A stretch of DNA of 56,147 nt, counting the filler, from Catajapyx aquilonaris (taxonomy: Eukaryota), in NCBI GenBank assembly GCA_000934665.2. It is 2 parts of 2 records of this genome, joined end to end, with 100 filler letters (N's around TTAATTAATTAA, not from the genome) between each part and the next. Parts side by side here need not be neighbours in the genome. Positions count along the whole stretch, not along the records: positions 28,089 to 56,147 come from JYFJ02004973.1; 1 more part is not named here. One strand, written 5' to 3'. The position numbers and the translations under genes were made by a program. Positions within the stretch are counted from its first letter, which is position 1. The number at the start of each line of letters is the position of its first letter. Positions 37,401-48,900 of this stretch are shown in pieces. Under the pieces are notes generated by a model. The model was not told the origin of the DNA. It was given only the letters and a program-made list of their open reading frames with translations, and did not search any database.

Positions 37401-38100
37401 TTTCCGAACGTGCCCAATACATAGATTTAAACGTAGATTTCTAACGATGTACACCGTTAATTATTCGGACCATTTTCCTGGGAGTTATTTAGCGTCAAAC
37501 ACAGGGGCCAAATTTTTTTTTAAATGACAGTAGATCTGTTTTTATTTCTTAAAGGGTCCTAGAGCCAAAAAAAAAAAAGACTGTGAAATTCACAACATGA
37601 AAGTTAGCTTCAGTCATTAGCGGCAGCTTCCGCTAATTTCCTAGCCGTTTAGTGCCAGCAATTCAGGTAAGCTGGCCTTTTTTAAAGTTAGCTGATTATC
37701 AGTTAGCTAAGCTAATCTTTCGTTAGCTGCACCCACCACTGGTTGTAATGGTAATCTATCCCCATGCTAGTTAACACGTTGCAGGATTGGTGGCAATGCT
37801 AACGCGTTGCCATGGTCTGTTCTAAGGCTATCCCTGTTTCCATGCTAACCCGTTGCCATGGTATGCTGCCATGCGAACCCTGTTGCCACATGCTTTGATG
37901 CCATCGTATGTTGCAATGGTTTTGTTTCCATGCCAACCCCCTGTTGCCATGGCCTACCTGAGCTTGTCCGTCTCCAGCATGCCAGACTTGGAGGCGTGGG
38001 TGACGAGCACATGGGTGACAGTGTTGTACACTTTCTCCCCGTACTGGCCCAGGGACCGCACGTCCAGCAGGAACACGGCCTGGGTCGGGCCCCCCTGCAT
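31481..38100 (-). CDS. TICRR: Treslin (TopBP1-interacting replication initiation factor), ~1284 aa
   Basis: Exons 38100-37958, 35597-34587, 34525-34009, 33835-33573, 33486-33155, 33069-31481 in phase. N-terminal QAVFLLD and RWGYLLYDS, Sld3-Treslin domain RVRHYKLQILFRME, VRRNLF, SFY, many S/T-P sites, C-terminal LTTSPIL. Confidence 0.88.
35771..37741. mobile_element. Non-autonomous hAT element
   Basis: Exact 8-bp TSD GTTGTAAT (35763-35770, 37742-37749); ends CAAAGGTGGG / CCCACCACTG; dense subterminal GCTAA/TTAGC repeats at both ends. Confidence 0.88.
36497..37417. mobile_element. Mariner-derived foldback element with transposase fragment
   Basis: TA-flanked; ~405-bp inverted arms (36497-36904, 37011-37417); encodes DWLEKGNTINSERY...LLHDDARPH...HPAYSPHLAPSD, i.e. 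mariner HDNARPH and YSPDLAPSD motifs. Confidence 0.93.
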
Positions 38101-38760
38101 CGTCGTCGTCTGTGGTTGTTGAAAGGGGCCGCCCGGTTTTGCCGGATTGAGAGACCCAGGGGCGGCCCTACCGGTTGGCGGGAACCATCGTCATCCCCGA
38201 CGTCCCCTTTTGTCTCCTTTTTTCCGCCATTTAAAACCTACCGGTTTGGCACGGCATTACACGGACACAATCGCAAGTCATGCACCGCAGCTGGAAAGTG
38301 CAAGCCGGCTTAAAATATAGCCGGGTAATTAACCAGCGTCTTAAACTAATTGACATTAACATCAGCTGGCATTAGCGGAGTTTACACGGTGCAATTCGGC
38401 TTACTATGATGGTGCGTCCATTGGCGTATCTGCTATGGCGAAAGGTTGCTCGCACCGTGTAAAATCCGATCGGCTATCATGAAAGCGCGATTAGTATTGC
38501 CGTCATATATCATACTCTAATTTTATACTGCACACGGCTCCTAATTAAATCTTAATTAGTGCGCCGGTTTATTAATAGTTCTGTTGCCAGCACGTTCATC
38601 CGGGTTTTTGAGGCTCCTCCTTCCTCCCCTCCCTCCCTCCCCCCCTTTCTTCTTCTTGCCCTCTTGCCCTCCCTCCCTCCCCCCCTCCCCCTCCTCTGTC
38701 CGCCATATTGGGCATAGAACAGCAGCCTTCTCCTCTTCGACCGAAGAATCGAAAGAAGCC
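38101..38760. promoter_or_regulatory. Bidirectional promoter region Treslin / ATP synthase alpha
   Basis: 660 bp between divergent ATGs, CpG-rich; E2F-like TTGGCGGGAA at 38175-38184 close to the Treslin start; pyrimidine tract at ~38615-38700. Confidence 0.65.
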
Positions 38761-41042
38761 ATGGCCCTCCTCTCGGCCAAGCTGGTCGCCTCCGTGGCCC
38801 TGCAGCTGCCCAAGGCAATCCCACAGGTAACACTGGGACACTCAGGAAGACTTGGTGGGCATTTGGGGGCGTGTAGAGGTAGGGTGACCTAGGGTTAAAG
38901 AGAATGACCTGGGTTGACCTCGGGTGAATTTTTGGGGGGTCAGGGTGGGTCAGGATGGGTTCAGATGGCTGGAGGAAGGGTTGGGCTGGAGTTGGCATGG
39001 TGCCAATGGAGGTGCCATACCCTTGTGATGTAATAAGGGTTATTCACTATAGTCTGTGTACTACACATTTAGTAGGTAGTAAGGGAGTAGTCCAGGTCAG
39101 GCCATGTCAAGGTCCATGTACACCTTGGTAGTCCAGGGATAATCCGGGTTAGTCTAGTGTACACCTTGGTAGTCCAGGGATAATCCGGGTTAGTCTAGTG
39201 TACACCTTGGTAGTCCCAAGTTAGTCCGGGATAGTCCAAGGTTAGCCCATGTATACACGATAACCACTCCCTTTTCCAGGTTGCGAGTCGGTTCCTCCCG
39301 GCGCTTACCACCCGTGGCCTCCATGTCACCCAGAACAACAGGGCGGCGGAGGTGTCGACCATCCTGGAGGAGCGGATCCTCGGGGCTGCAGCAAAGGCCG
39401 ATCTTGAGGAGACTGGGAGGGTTCTCAGCATTGGAGATGGTATTGCCCGTGTGTACGGCCTTAAGAATATCCAGGCGGAGGAGATGGTTGAATTCTCAGC
39501 GGGGCTGAAGGGAATGGCACTCAACTTGGAGCCTGACAATGTTGGTGTTGTCGTGTTTGGTAATGATAAGCTCATTAAGGAGGGGGATATCGTGAAGCGT
39601 ACTGGCGCCATTGTGGATGTGCCTGTTGGCGAGGAGCTTCTTGGCAGGGTAGTGGATGCCCTGGGTAATGCTATTGATGGCAGGGGAGCCATTCAGTCCA
39701 AGAAGCGTGCCAGGGTTGGAGTTAAGGCACCTGGTATTATCCCACGTATCTCTGTGAGGGAGCCCATGCAGACTGGCATCAAGGCCGTCGACTCGCTGGT
39801 ACCAATTGGGCGTGGTCAGCGTGAGCTGATCATTGGCGATCGTCAGACAGGGAAAACCGCTCTTGCCATCGACACCATCATCAACCAGAAGCGATTTAAC
39901 GCTGGCGACGATGAGAAGAAGAAGCTGTATTGCATCTATGTTGCCATTGGCCAGAAGCGATCCACTGTTGCCCAGATTGTGAAGCGCCTGACTGACTCGG
40001 GCGCCATGGGCTACACCATCATTGTGTCCGCAACTGCATCTGACGCTGCACCCCTGCAGTACTTATCCCCCTACTCAGGCTGCGCCATGGGCGAATTCTT
40101 CCGCGACAATGGGAAGCACGCCCTTATCATTTACGACGACTTGTCCAAGCAGGCCGTTGCCTACCGTCAGATGTCCCTGTTGCTGCGACGTCCCCCTGGT
40201 CGTGAGGCCTACCCTGGTGATGTGTTCTACCTCCATTCCCGACTTCTGGAGCGTGCAGCCAAGATGAATGAGGCTCACAAGGGTGGTTCACTGACGGCCC
40301 TGCCTGTGATCGAGACCCAGGCCGGAGATGTGTCCGCCTACATCCCAACCAACGTGATCTCTATTACCGACGGGCAGATCTTCTTGGAGACCGAGCTTTT
40401 CTACAAGGGTATCCGGCCAGCCATCAACGTAGGGTTGAGTGTATCCCGTGTAGGGTCAGCAGCCCAGACCCGTGCCATGAAGCAGGTGATGTTTCCAATG
40501 CCATTTGCTGTGGGAATCAGCTCGTAACTCTTGCTTCATTCTGTAGGTGGCAGGGTCCATGAAGCTTGAGCTGGCCCAGTACCGTGAGGTAGCTGCCTTT
40601 GCCCAGTTCGGCTCTGACTTGGATGCTGCCACTCAGCAGCTGCTGAACCGTGGAGTGCGTCTGACTGAGCTGCTGAAGCAAGGCCAGTACGTGCCCATGG
40701 CCATTGAGGAGCAGGTCGCTGTTATTTACTGCGGAGTCAGAGGGCATATCGACAAGATGGACCCATCCAAGATCACTGCCTTCGAGAAGGAGTTCCTGCA
40801 GCACGTCAAGTTAGTACCTGTCCACACACTAAATGATTTGTCATCTTTACATTCATCCGAACTTACTGCAGTTTCCATAAGTTACACTGTTGTAAAATGG
40901 GGCTAACTGATCTCTCTCCTCTCTCAGGACCACCCAACAACCACTCCTGGATACCATTGCCAAGGAGGGTAAGATCAACGACGAGGTGGACGCCAAGTTG
41001 AAGAAGATTGTTATCGACTTCATCGCCACTTTCCAAGGATAG
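38761..41042 (+). CDS. ATP5F1A: Mitochondrial ATP synthase F1 subunit alpha, 549 aa
   Basis: Exons 38761-38826, 39280-40485, 40547-40809, 40928-41042. Presequence, [10 protein letters not shown], Walker [43 protein letters not shown]. Confidence 0.99.
39117..39216 (+). repeat. 41-bp tandem repeat, ~2.4 copies
   Basis: TGTACACCTTGGTAGTCCAGGGATAATCCGGGTTAGTCTAG at 39117 and 39158, partial at 39199. Confidence 0.9.
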
Positions 41043-44000
41043 ACATGTTTTCAAGTTGAGCTTTTTTTTTCCATAGAGTTGGCATCCTGAATGGGGGGTA
41101 GTCCGGAAGCGGATCGTTTAGTAGGGGGGTCCGCATAGTCTCTTGTACATAAAAAGGAGCATTAAGACCCGATGATCATGATGTCAGGCTTGCCATGTCA
41201 TTGTCCGAAGTGAGAAAAAGAATATTAAAGAAAATCAGAATGGTGACCACTTGTGATTTATTTGATGTTTTAACTCATGTTTTATGTACCAGATGGTTTC
41301 ATCCGCTAGGACTTTGCATCCTTATTTTCCCTCTGCTTCAGCATTCTCTGGAAGATTTTGGTAATCAATGCTGATGACACTCTAAAGAAGCAGCGATGAT
41401 TATTCTGTAAAGGAAACTGATGAATATAACCAGGAGAATCGCAACGACAGTCGTTGAGCTCCACAGCAATGAATTTTTCAAATATTTCAATATTAGGCGG
41501 TACATTTCTGTCTGACTTTCTTGCATGGAAGGTGGTAAATGCTTGAATCTATGAAGTTAAAGAATTTCTGAAAACGCGCACTGAAAAAGTATATATAAAA
41601 ATCCTGCTGAGATCCGAATGACGCAATGCAGAAGATATTCCTTAGTAATTATTTCCATGTTCACGTAATAACTTGGGAAATGTTACTTTGCGCCCGCTTT
41701 CAAATGAGCTGCACGAAACAGTTCCCATGCGCAGATCTCGGAGGAAGGTTGTCATGCACACAATACATTTCACAGGCAAAAAAATATTCAAGTCTGTTCT
41801 GTCCTTTATTAACAGGCCAGTAATCACACTGGACTCTGGTTATTATTCTCTATGTATTTTTACTGTAACAGAAATAATGGTTTCAACTTACAAACTACAC
41901 TAAACAAATACAGCCTTTGTCAAGACAAACACCAACCCATAGCAATAAAGAATAAATAAGAGCCAAAAAAAAAACAGTATATAGATATCATGATCTTCTC
42001 ATAGTTTGTCGTCATTGTCGTGCAAACAAAGGGGGAGGAACTGTTGTCCCCAAACAGTCCAGGTATAATTATTTAAATTTTTTTTTTTTAAAGCTACCAG
42101 AATATGGCCTCTATTCAACACACACTGTTGCAGCATTTCACAGTATAAAATTAGTTTCCTGTTATAGACCTAATTTTTTTTTTCTTCTTTACAATAACTA
42201 CGCTTCTACACCTGTGGAAGTGAAGAAAGGTGCCAAACAAATTGTTTTTTTTTTACATATATTTTTATCTCTCTCTCTCTCTAAACCTAGTAGTCCTCAC
42301 AGAACACAACAATCATCTGTTTCTCTCTTGTAATATTTTTTCTTCCCCTACACCTCCTTCCTTTTTTTTTTAAAGTTAAGGCAAACATTGTTGCACATTG
42401 AAGTGCGAGAGAAGTTTTGTTGTCCCAACTACAAAAATTACTTACAGCTAACAACTCGGTAAGGCTTGTTCTAAGTGTCCACGTTTGCTGCGGGAGGGTT
42501 TAAGGTGTGGATGTGTTTTGGGGGTTCAGGGGATGGTCGGTGTGTAAAGTGAACATGTTCTGGTGCAAGTGTGTGTTTGGTGTGCATGTGTACAACCACA
42601 GGCACTAAAATTTCTCAGGTAATGTATAAAGCACTCCCCTACAAAATATTTGGTGCTTGCAGCCGCACACGGAACTAAGCCTCGGAAAGGCTCTCTCGAG
42701 TAGCAACTGGATGCATTTCTAAACGATACAATTCCACTTGTTGTTGTTTTTCTATTACGACTACCTTTCGACAAATTTTTCCCCCCTGCTGATGGTGAGG
42801 TGGGGAAGGAGGTTGGGACAAAAACAAAAATCGACTTATCGCTTTTCACGTGTCCACCCTGTACAATAACAGTGTAATCGCCTCATCCCCAGGGTTTTTA
42901 TTACAACTTTTTTTCAATCACTTATACAAGCGACGACACTTAATGGCGCTCCATCCAAAATATATAACGCGGTTTTCCTAAATAGCGACCATCTAACCAT
43001 GCTGTGAAGTCGGTGGAACAACATTTAACCATGTATATATTTTTCGAAAAAACAAACAAGAACTGGCACCATGAAGTCCTTTGTCCCAACAAAGCTCTTT
43101 TATAAAAAGCAAAAGGGGAAAGGATTATATATGGAGTGTGGGGTTTGGATTTAACAGTTTGAGTATTTTAAATGCGTGACTCAAGGCAACTTAAAAAATA
43201 AATGTGAGTCTTTTCAGCACAAATATTTTTCCATCTTTTCAAAGGACTTCATGCCCTGTTTATCCTCGCGTCAAAACAAAAGCCATATCTACTAAAAAAT
43301 AATGCCCATATGTGCTTTTGAAATTATCGCCTTGACCACTCCTATCACAGACTGGTGCACAGGACAGGTTTATACGTTTTTACCCCTTTGTTTAAATAAC
43401 ATTTTGCTTTCTTGTGTAAATTTTTCCCTGACACCTCCTAAAGCTCACGTTTGGCACCGAAATATTCTTTCCCTTCCCAACACCCTCCCTGCCATAAAAA
43501 AAAATGTAAAATCTCCCACCACCAATAACCCCTTTTTTTCGTTTTAAATGAAGCAACAATGCCAACGACACAATCCTGGACTCTCTCCGCAAATAACAAT
43601 GGCTTGACACTACTCGTTTTGATCATTTTGCTCCACACTTGTCTCTTCTTTAAAATTCAAAGTTGCCCCAAGCCTCCGAGGAAAAATTTTGAAGCCAAAA
43701 AAATTTAACATGCTGTTGTATCTGTTTTCCCTCAACCCCTCAGACCAACTGTTTTCCCTCACATCATTAATAGGTTTTTATCAAAAAAAGGCATCCTGTG
43801 GCTCTTGTCCTAAGCAGTTATTTTTTGGGAATGTGCTTTATGTGTTCTTAACGACTTTTCTTTTTAGTACCAAAATATACAAGTGGAAACTCTCAAGGGT
43901 GGTCTCTACGAGGCGAAAAAACTATGGCAGCTACATATTTTTATAGGGGACTTTTTGGGGGAATTAGGGCGGGAAACGTGAGGTATGGCGTACGAAGGGA

Positions 44001-45901
44001 GAGGTTTTGAAAAAAGGCGCATGTGTCACACTTTTTTTTTTTTGCTATGGGTTTGTCTTGTACACACTCTTTGTGATGTCCTTTGATTTTTTTAAAATAA
44101 TCCCCACTCAGTACACACTTTGAACCATCTTCATAACATACAAGGGGGGGGAAGGGGGCAATTTATTTGTTTAAAAACAAAGCCACTAAATAAAAAGGTG
44201 CTTTAAGTACTGAGTGTCTGAAAACGATGCACCAAATTGATTGTCTCCGTTAGAAAATAATAGAAAATCAAAAACGTCACACTTCATGTTTAGTGGCTCT
44301 ATGTAAAAAATTTAAAAAGGGGGCGGGGAGAGTGGGGAAGGGTTTTATAACTATAACACGATGTTATATGCACTATATCTACATTTTTGTGTGGGGGGGG
44401 TGGAGCAAAGAAGTATTGGGTTTGCAGCACCTAACGACTCCACTATGAGAAGCAAAAACAAAACAAAAAACAAGTTGCAGGGGTGGAGGGGGAGGAAATT
44501 GTCCTTTGCACAAAAAATAAAAATGGGGAGGAGGGGAGTGAAATAATAACCGTGATTTAAAAAAAAAAAAAACACACCGACTTCCCCCAAAAACTAATTT
44601 TTAAAAATTGGGGTGTGTTTGTGTGTTCACCTGTGCATATACCAATCATGTTGACAGCACCATCAGTCACATAGTAACATTTAAGTTTAGGGGTGGACAG
44701 AATGGGTGGGGGGGAACTTCTCTCTCTCTGCTCGAAAGGCGTGATTGGGTCTGGAAAAATCTGGGGAAGTGGTAAACAACAACAACAACAGCTATGTTCA
44801 GCATTTAGCAAGCAGAGAGAGACCAGAGAAGAATATTAGGAGGCACATTTTTCAATCCTTGGTCAGCACTTGTCCGTTTAAGGAAAAAAAAAAAATCGGT
44901 TGGCCACTCCAGTCATGTTGTCGTACTTTTGTTCCTTCAAGTCACCACGCAACAAAAAACAAAACAAAACAAAAAACTTGTAAACAAAAAAAGTGTCTTG
45001 TGTGGGGGAACTTTTTAGTGGATGCCCCACCACTTGATTAATGGTTACAATAATAAGGATACAAAATAATGTTCATTGCAGGGAGGGTCGTGACGAGGAA
45101 GGATTATATATATACTGTATATTCACACTCATCCGCCAAACAACTCGGTCCTGTTCAGAAACTTAAAATCAATAAATTATGTTCTCTTCTCCAAAAAAAA
45201 AGGACACCAATCAAAAAGACCGCCAAACGCCTATAAAAATAGCATTGCTCATGCTTAAATGCTGTACAAATTGAAAAAAGTGGCGAGTCACCCTTAATAA
45301 AAATCCTTAATAAATTATATGACCTGACAATCTTCGAAATTGCCATGTAATTTTTTTACTTGGCTTTTCTGAACAGGACAAAGCCATCGAGGTTCTGGGC
45401 TGGGGAAAAGGACTTGTCTTTATACACGTTGAAGATGGCAACCTCAACACCAAGCAACATTTTTCTTAAAAAAATCATACCATAATAAAAAAGAAAGAAA
45501 ACACTGACCACTAACCCCCCCTGTTCCCCACTATTTAAAACCAACCCCTTTTTGACCCTCTCATTCCTCCCAAATTAATCGAAATGAAACCAAACGTTTT
45601 TAAGAAAATGCATTCACCTTTTTTTCTAAGGTAGTCACACTTGGAGGGTTTCTTCACGTGTCGGCATTTGTAATACGCTAAATCCCGGATTGGCAGTGGC
45701 GGCAGCACCGTCATTTTGGGAAGAGGCTCTTGTTTCAGGGGGCGAGGGAGCAAAGGCAAGTTTTTGTCATATATCCAACCATTTTTGATAAGAAGGTACT
45801 AGGGGTGTCGGGGGTTGGGGATTTTGGTGTTGGGGTCACACAGAGGCCATTTCCATTTTTTGAAATCTTTTTTTAAAAATTTCCCCTCCTGATGAGAACT
45901 A

Positions 45902-48900
45902 TTAGGTGGCCCATCCCTCGTTGAGTCTGGGCCGTTTCTGCAGGGGCATCCCGTCGTAGTCAGTGGCTGAATGTCCCCCGCCTCCTCCTCCATGAGGATC
46001 GCCTGGGGATGGATGGTTGTTCGGGGTCAAGTGACCTAGAGAGAATAAGTATCCAGCCGTTAGATGAGGCAACTTATTAATAATAATCTACATAATGATT
46101 ATTATACCTGACATTACTAAAGTATGCTTTCTCGTAAGTGGAACAATGAAATTGTTAGGCACAACATTTCAAAAAGGCCCAACCTCGTAACAAGTAAAAA
46201 AAACAAACAGCATCAGGAGTGAAGTGTTCAACTAACTTGCTCTATGCTGGTACAGCAGTTTCCTAATGGCACTCCATACCACGGTGTTATCTAATGAAGC
46301 AAGGAAACACTAATAAAACTGCAAAATTGGATTGTCAGGGAAATATGGGAGGGCCAAACAATTCTATGCGGCAGGTTGGACTAGCTGACAACAATTCACT
46401 CCTAATACTGGGGAGTTAGCACAGGTTGAATTCTCCATAAGTAATAATCAATGCATTTCGATACTTTTCCCTACATAATCATTTCTCTATTTTTAATCCT
46501 GGACATATCATTTCAAAATCTTCATTCCGCGTCATGGTAATTCATCACAATACCAAGAAACATTTCCAATCCTGTCTGTTCATGGCATGGCCAACACCGA
46601 CAGTTTAACATAATTTCATTCAAAAAAGATACTGGAGTATATGGTGGACCTATGACATTACACTTTGTATTATTTAGGGATCACTTGCACAGTCTAGTTC
46701 CCTGCTGATACAAAGATGCGATGCCCTACCTGGAGTGGGCGTAAGGTGTCCGGACGGCGAGAGATGACCGCCTGTAGAGCTAGGCCTTGACAACTGGTTT
46801 CCTCCCCCTCCTCCTCCACCCCCTCCGTTGGCTCCTGGCGCCCCTGAATCCCTGGGTGGTGAGATAGGCTCGCTCTTTATGCGAACCATGAGTGGGGATG
46901 ACGACTGAGAGTGGTGGTGTTGAGACATTTGATGTGGAGGTGGAGGTGGCGGCTGCTGATGGGGTGGGGGCGGTGGAGGTGGGGTGCCTCCAGCTCCGGA
47001 CACTCCGAGGTGGGTGAGTCCACTATTGAATGGAGTGGAGCAAATGGGCGGGTTACATCCAGGCAGGTCCGGTGTGCCCGCTTCCCAGGGTTCCCATGGG
47101 AACCAGGCAAAGAACCTACTACAACCAAGCCAAGCAGACAAAGAAAGCAGCAGGACATGCCAGGAAGAGAGAAGAGCAACAGATGATGAAGGGGGAAAAA
47201 AAGAGAACGTTAAACAGGGTTATGGACAAGCATGTTAACATTGCATGAAAACAATACATGCAATAATACAACCAATCTCAAGGCATATAAAGCAGCACCG
47301 TATGACCCCCCAAGAAAAACTGAGACATGCAAAAAGGAAGCCAAATTCATTGATCCAATGGCAACAAATTTTTGGTAGAAAACATTAAACAAATGCTCAA
47401 GACAGTGTAAGAATATCCATGCTGCTATTCATCAGGCCTGTAATTCCACAATTGTAGCGAAAGGAAGATTTTCGGCAAAAACCAATCACACAACGGAGTG
47501 TCAAGATTTACCATTCATGATTGGTTATTGCAGTAACTCGGCCCATGTTCCCGTCGCAGCCTTGAAGTAGTGCCCCATAGCCCAGTATTATCAAAGCAAA
47601 TAGCCCTCTATCTTAATATTTGCCCTGCTTCATTACAGTCAACATCAGCTCCTCTGATTTTCAAGGGCAAGCTATCATTGCTATCATTGCAATTATCAAC
47701 AATGATTCTGTGATTTATGGGGGGGAAATGATCACATTATGTTTGTGGGCCCACTCCCAAATAGCCGTGGAAAATTAAAAAGCAACAGCGAAGCTTTGAA
47801 CCAACTAATTAGAAGTGCACTTCACCACCAAACAGAAGATGATTACAAGGAACTAACCTGGAAGGGTTGAGGGCTCCAGAGAGTGGTCCCCCGCCTCCTC
47901 CCCCTCCTCCACTTCCCGGTTGCGGATTCCAGCTGTGCAAGGTGCTGAGGCTGGTGAGGCTGAGCTCCGGGTTGACAGAGTAGTCCTGGGCAGTGGCAAA
48001 CGAGTTGGGCAGTGTGGACGGATAGCTGGCCATGCCTGGGATGGACGGCGTCTGCAAGGACACCACCGGAGTGTTCAACGCTGTCACCGATGTCCGCACT
48101 GGCTGCTGTTTGGATTGGGTTGCAAAAAGTTAGGGCTGTGACTAATGACCAAAGCCTATGCGCTTCTCTCACTGGTGAAAAGTGGGGTAAATTGTTCAAG
48201 ACTTTGCCTTGGCATGAGATCAATACTGTGACTCCTAGGAAGACAGGTCATTTTTCAATGCAGCAGATCTCATTTGGTCAACATCATTACCGTGACATTA
48301 ATTAGGAACTGACTGTCACAACACACAGGCTTCAGCCCTGACACCCAACCCACCACGCACACAACACGAAGTACGTACATGTGACCAAGAGGTCCTAGCG
48401 TGGTGAGCAGCTACACCCACCTCTTCACTGGCCAGGGTGACGGTGCTCTGGGAAGCCGTGGGGATCACCACACGGAGGTTTGGGCGGGATCCAGGGGAAC
48501 CCTGCTTTTTGCCAGGAAGTCCTGGAGAGCTGGATCCGGGGAGAGGAGAAGTCGATCCAGGATAGCCATTGCTCATGTCCAAAAGTCCACCTGGAAATTT
48601 TGGAGATTATTCAGTAATTATCTGATAAAACTAAGCATGGTTCACACTGATGTCAAATACTGTAGCATGTATAACATAATATGGTATAGTGAATCGTGCC
48701 TGTAGCGAACACTGGATATGGGGAAAACTTGTTTACTATAAAAATTGCTGCCGTCCAGACAGAGAAATCGGCTTTTCCATCGTACTTTCATAGTAAACAT
48801 AGTAGAACCTGTCTACTGCAGAATTATCATTTCCAAATCCCTCAGTGAGGAACGGAGGAAACACATTACTATGATGCTAGACAACTAGAGGAAAAAGGCT

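Larger units (their letters stand above)
35671..37952. repeat. Degenerate GTTGCCATG minisatellite in Treslin intron 1, split by a hAT insertion
   Basis: About 15 copies of GTTGCCATG variants in 35671-35770 and 37750-37952; a ~55-bp higher-order unit appears on both sides (35705-35760, 37762-37816). Confidence 0.8.

Noticed and set aside
39117..39216. CRISPR-like array
   Set aside because: Contiguous tandem units without unique spacers, inside a spliceosomal intron; no cas genes.
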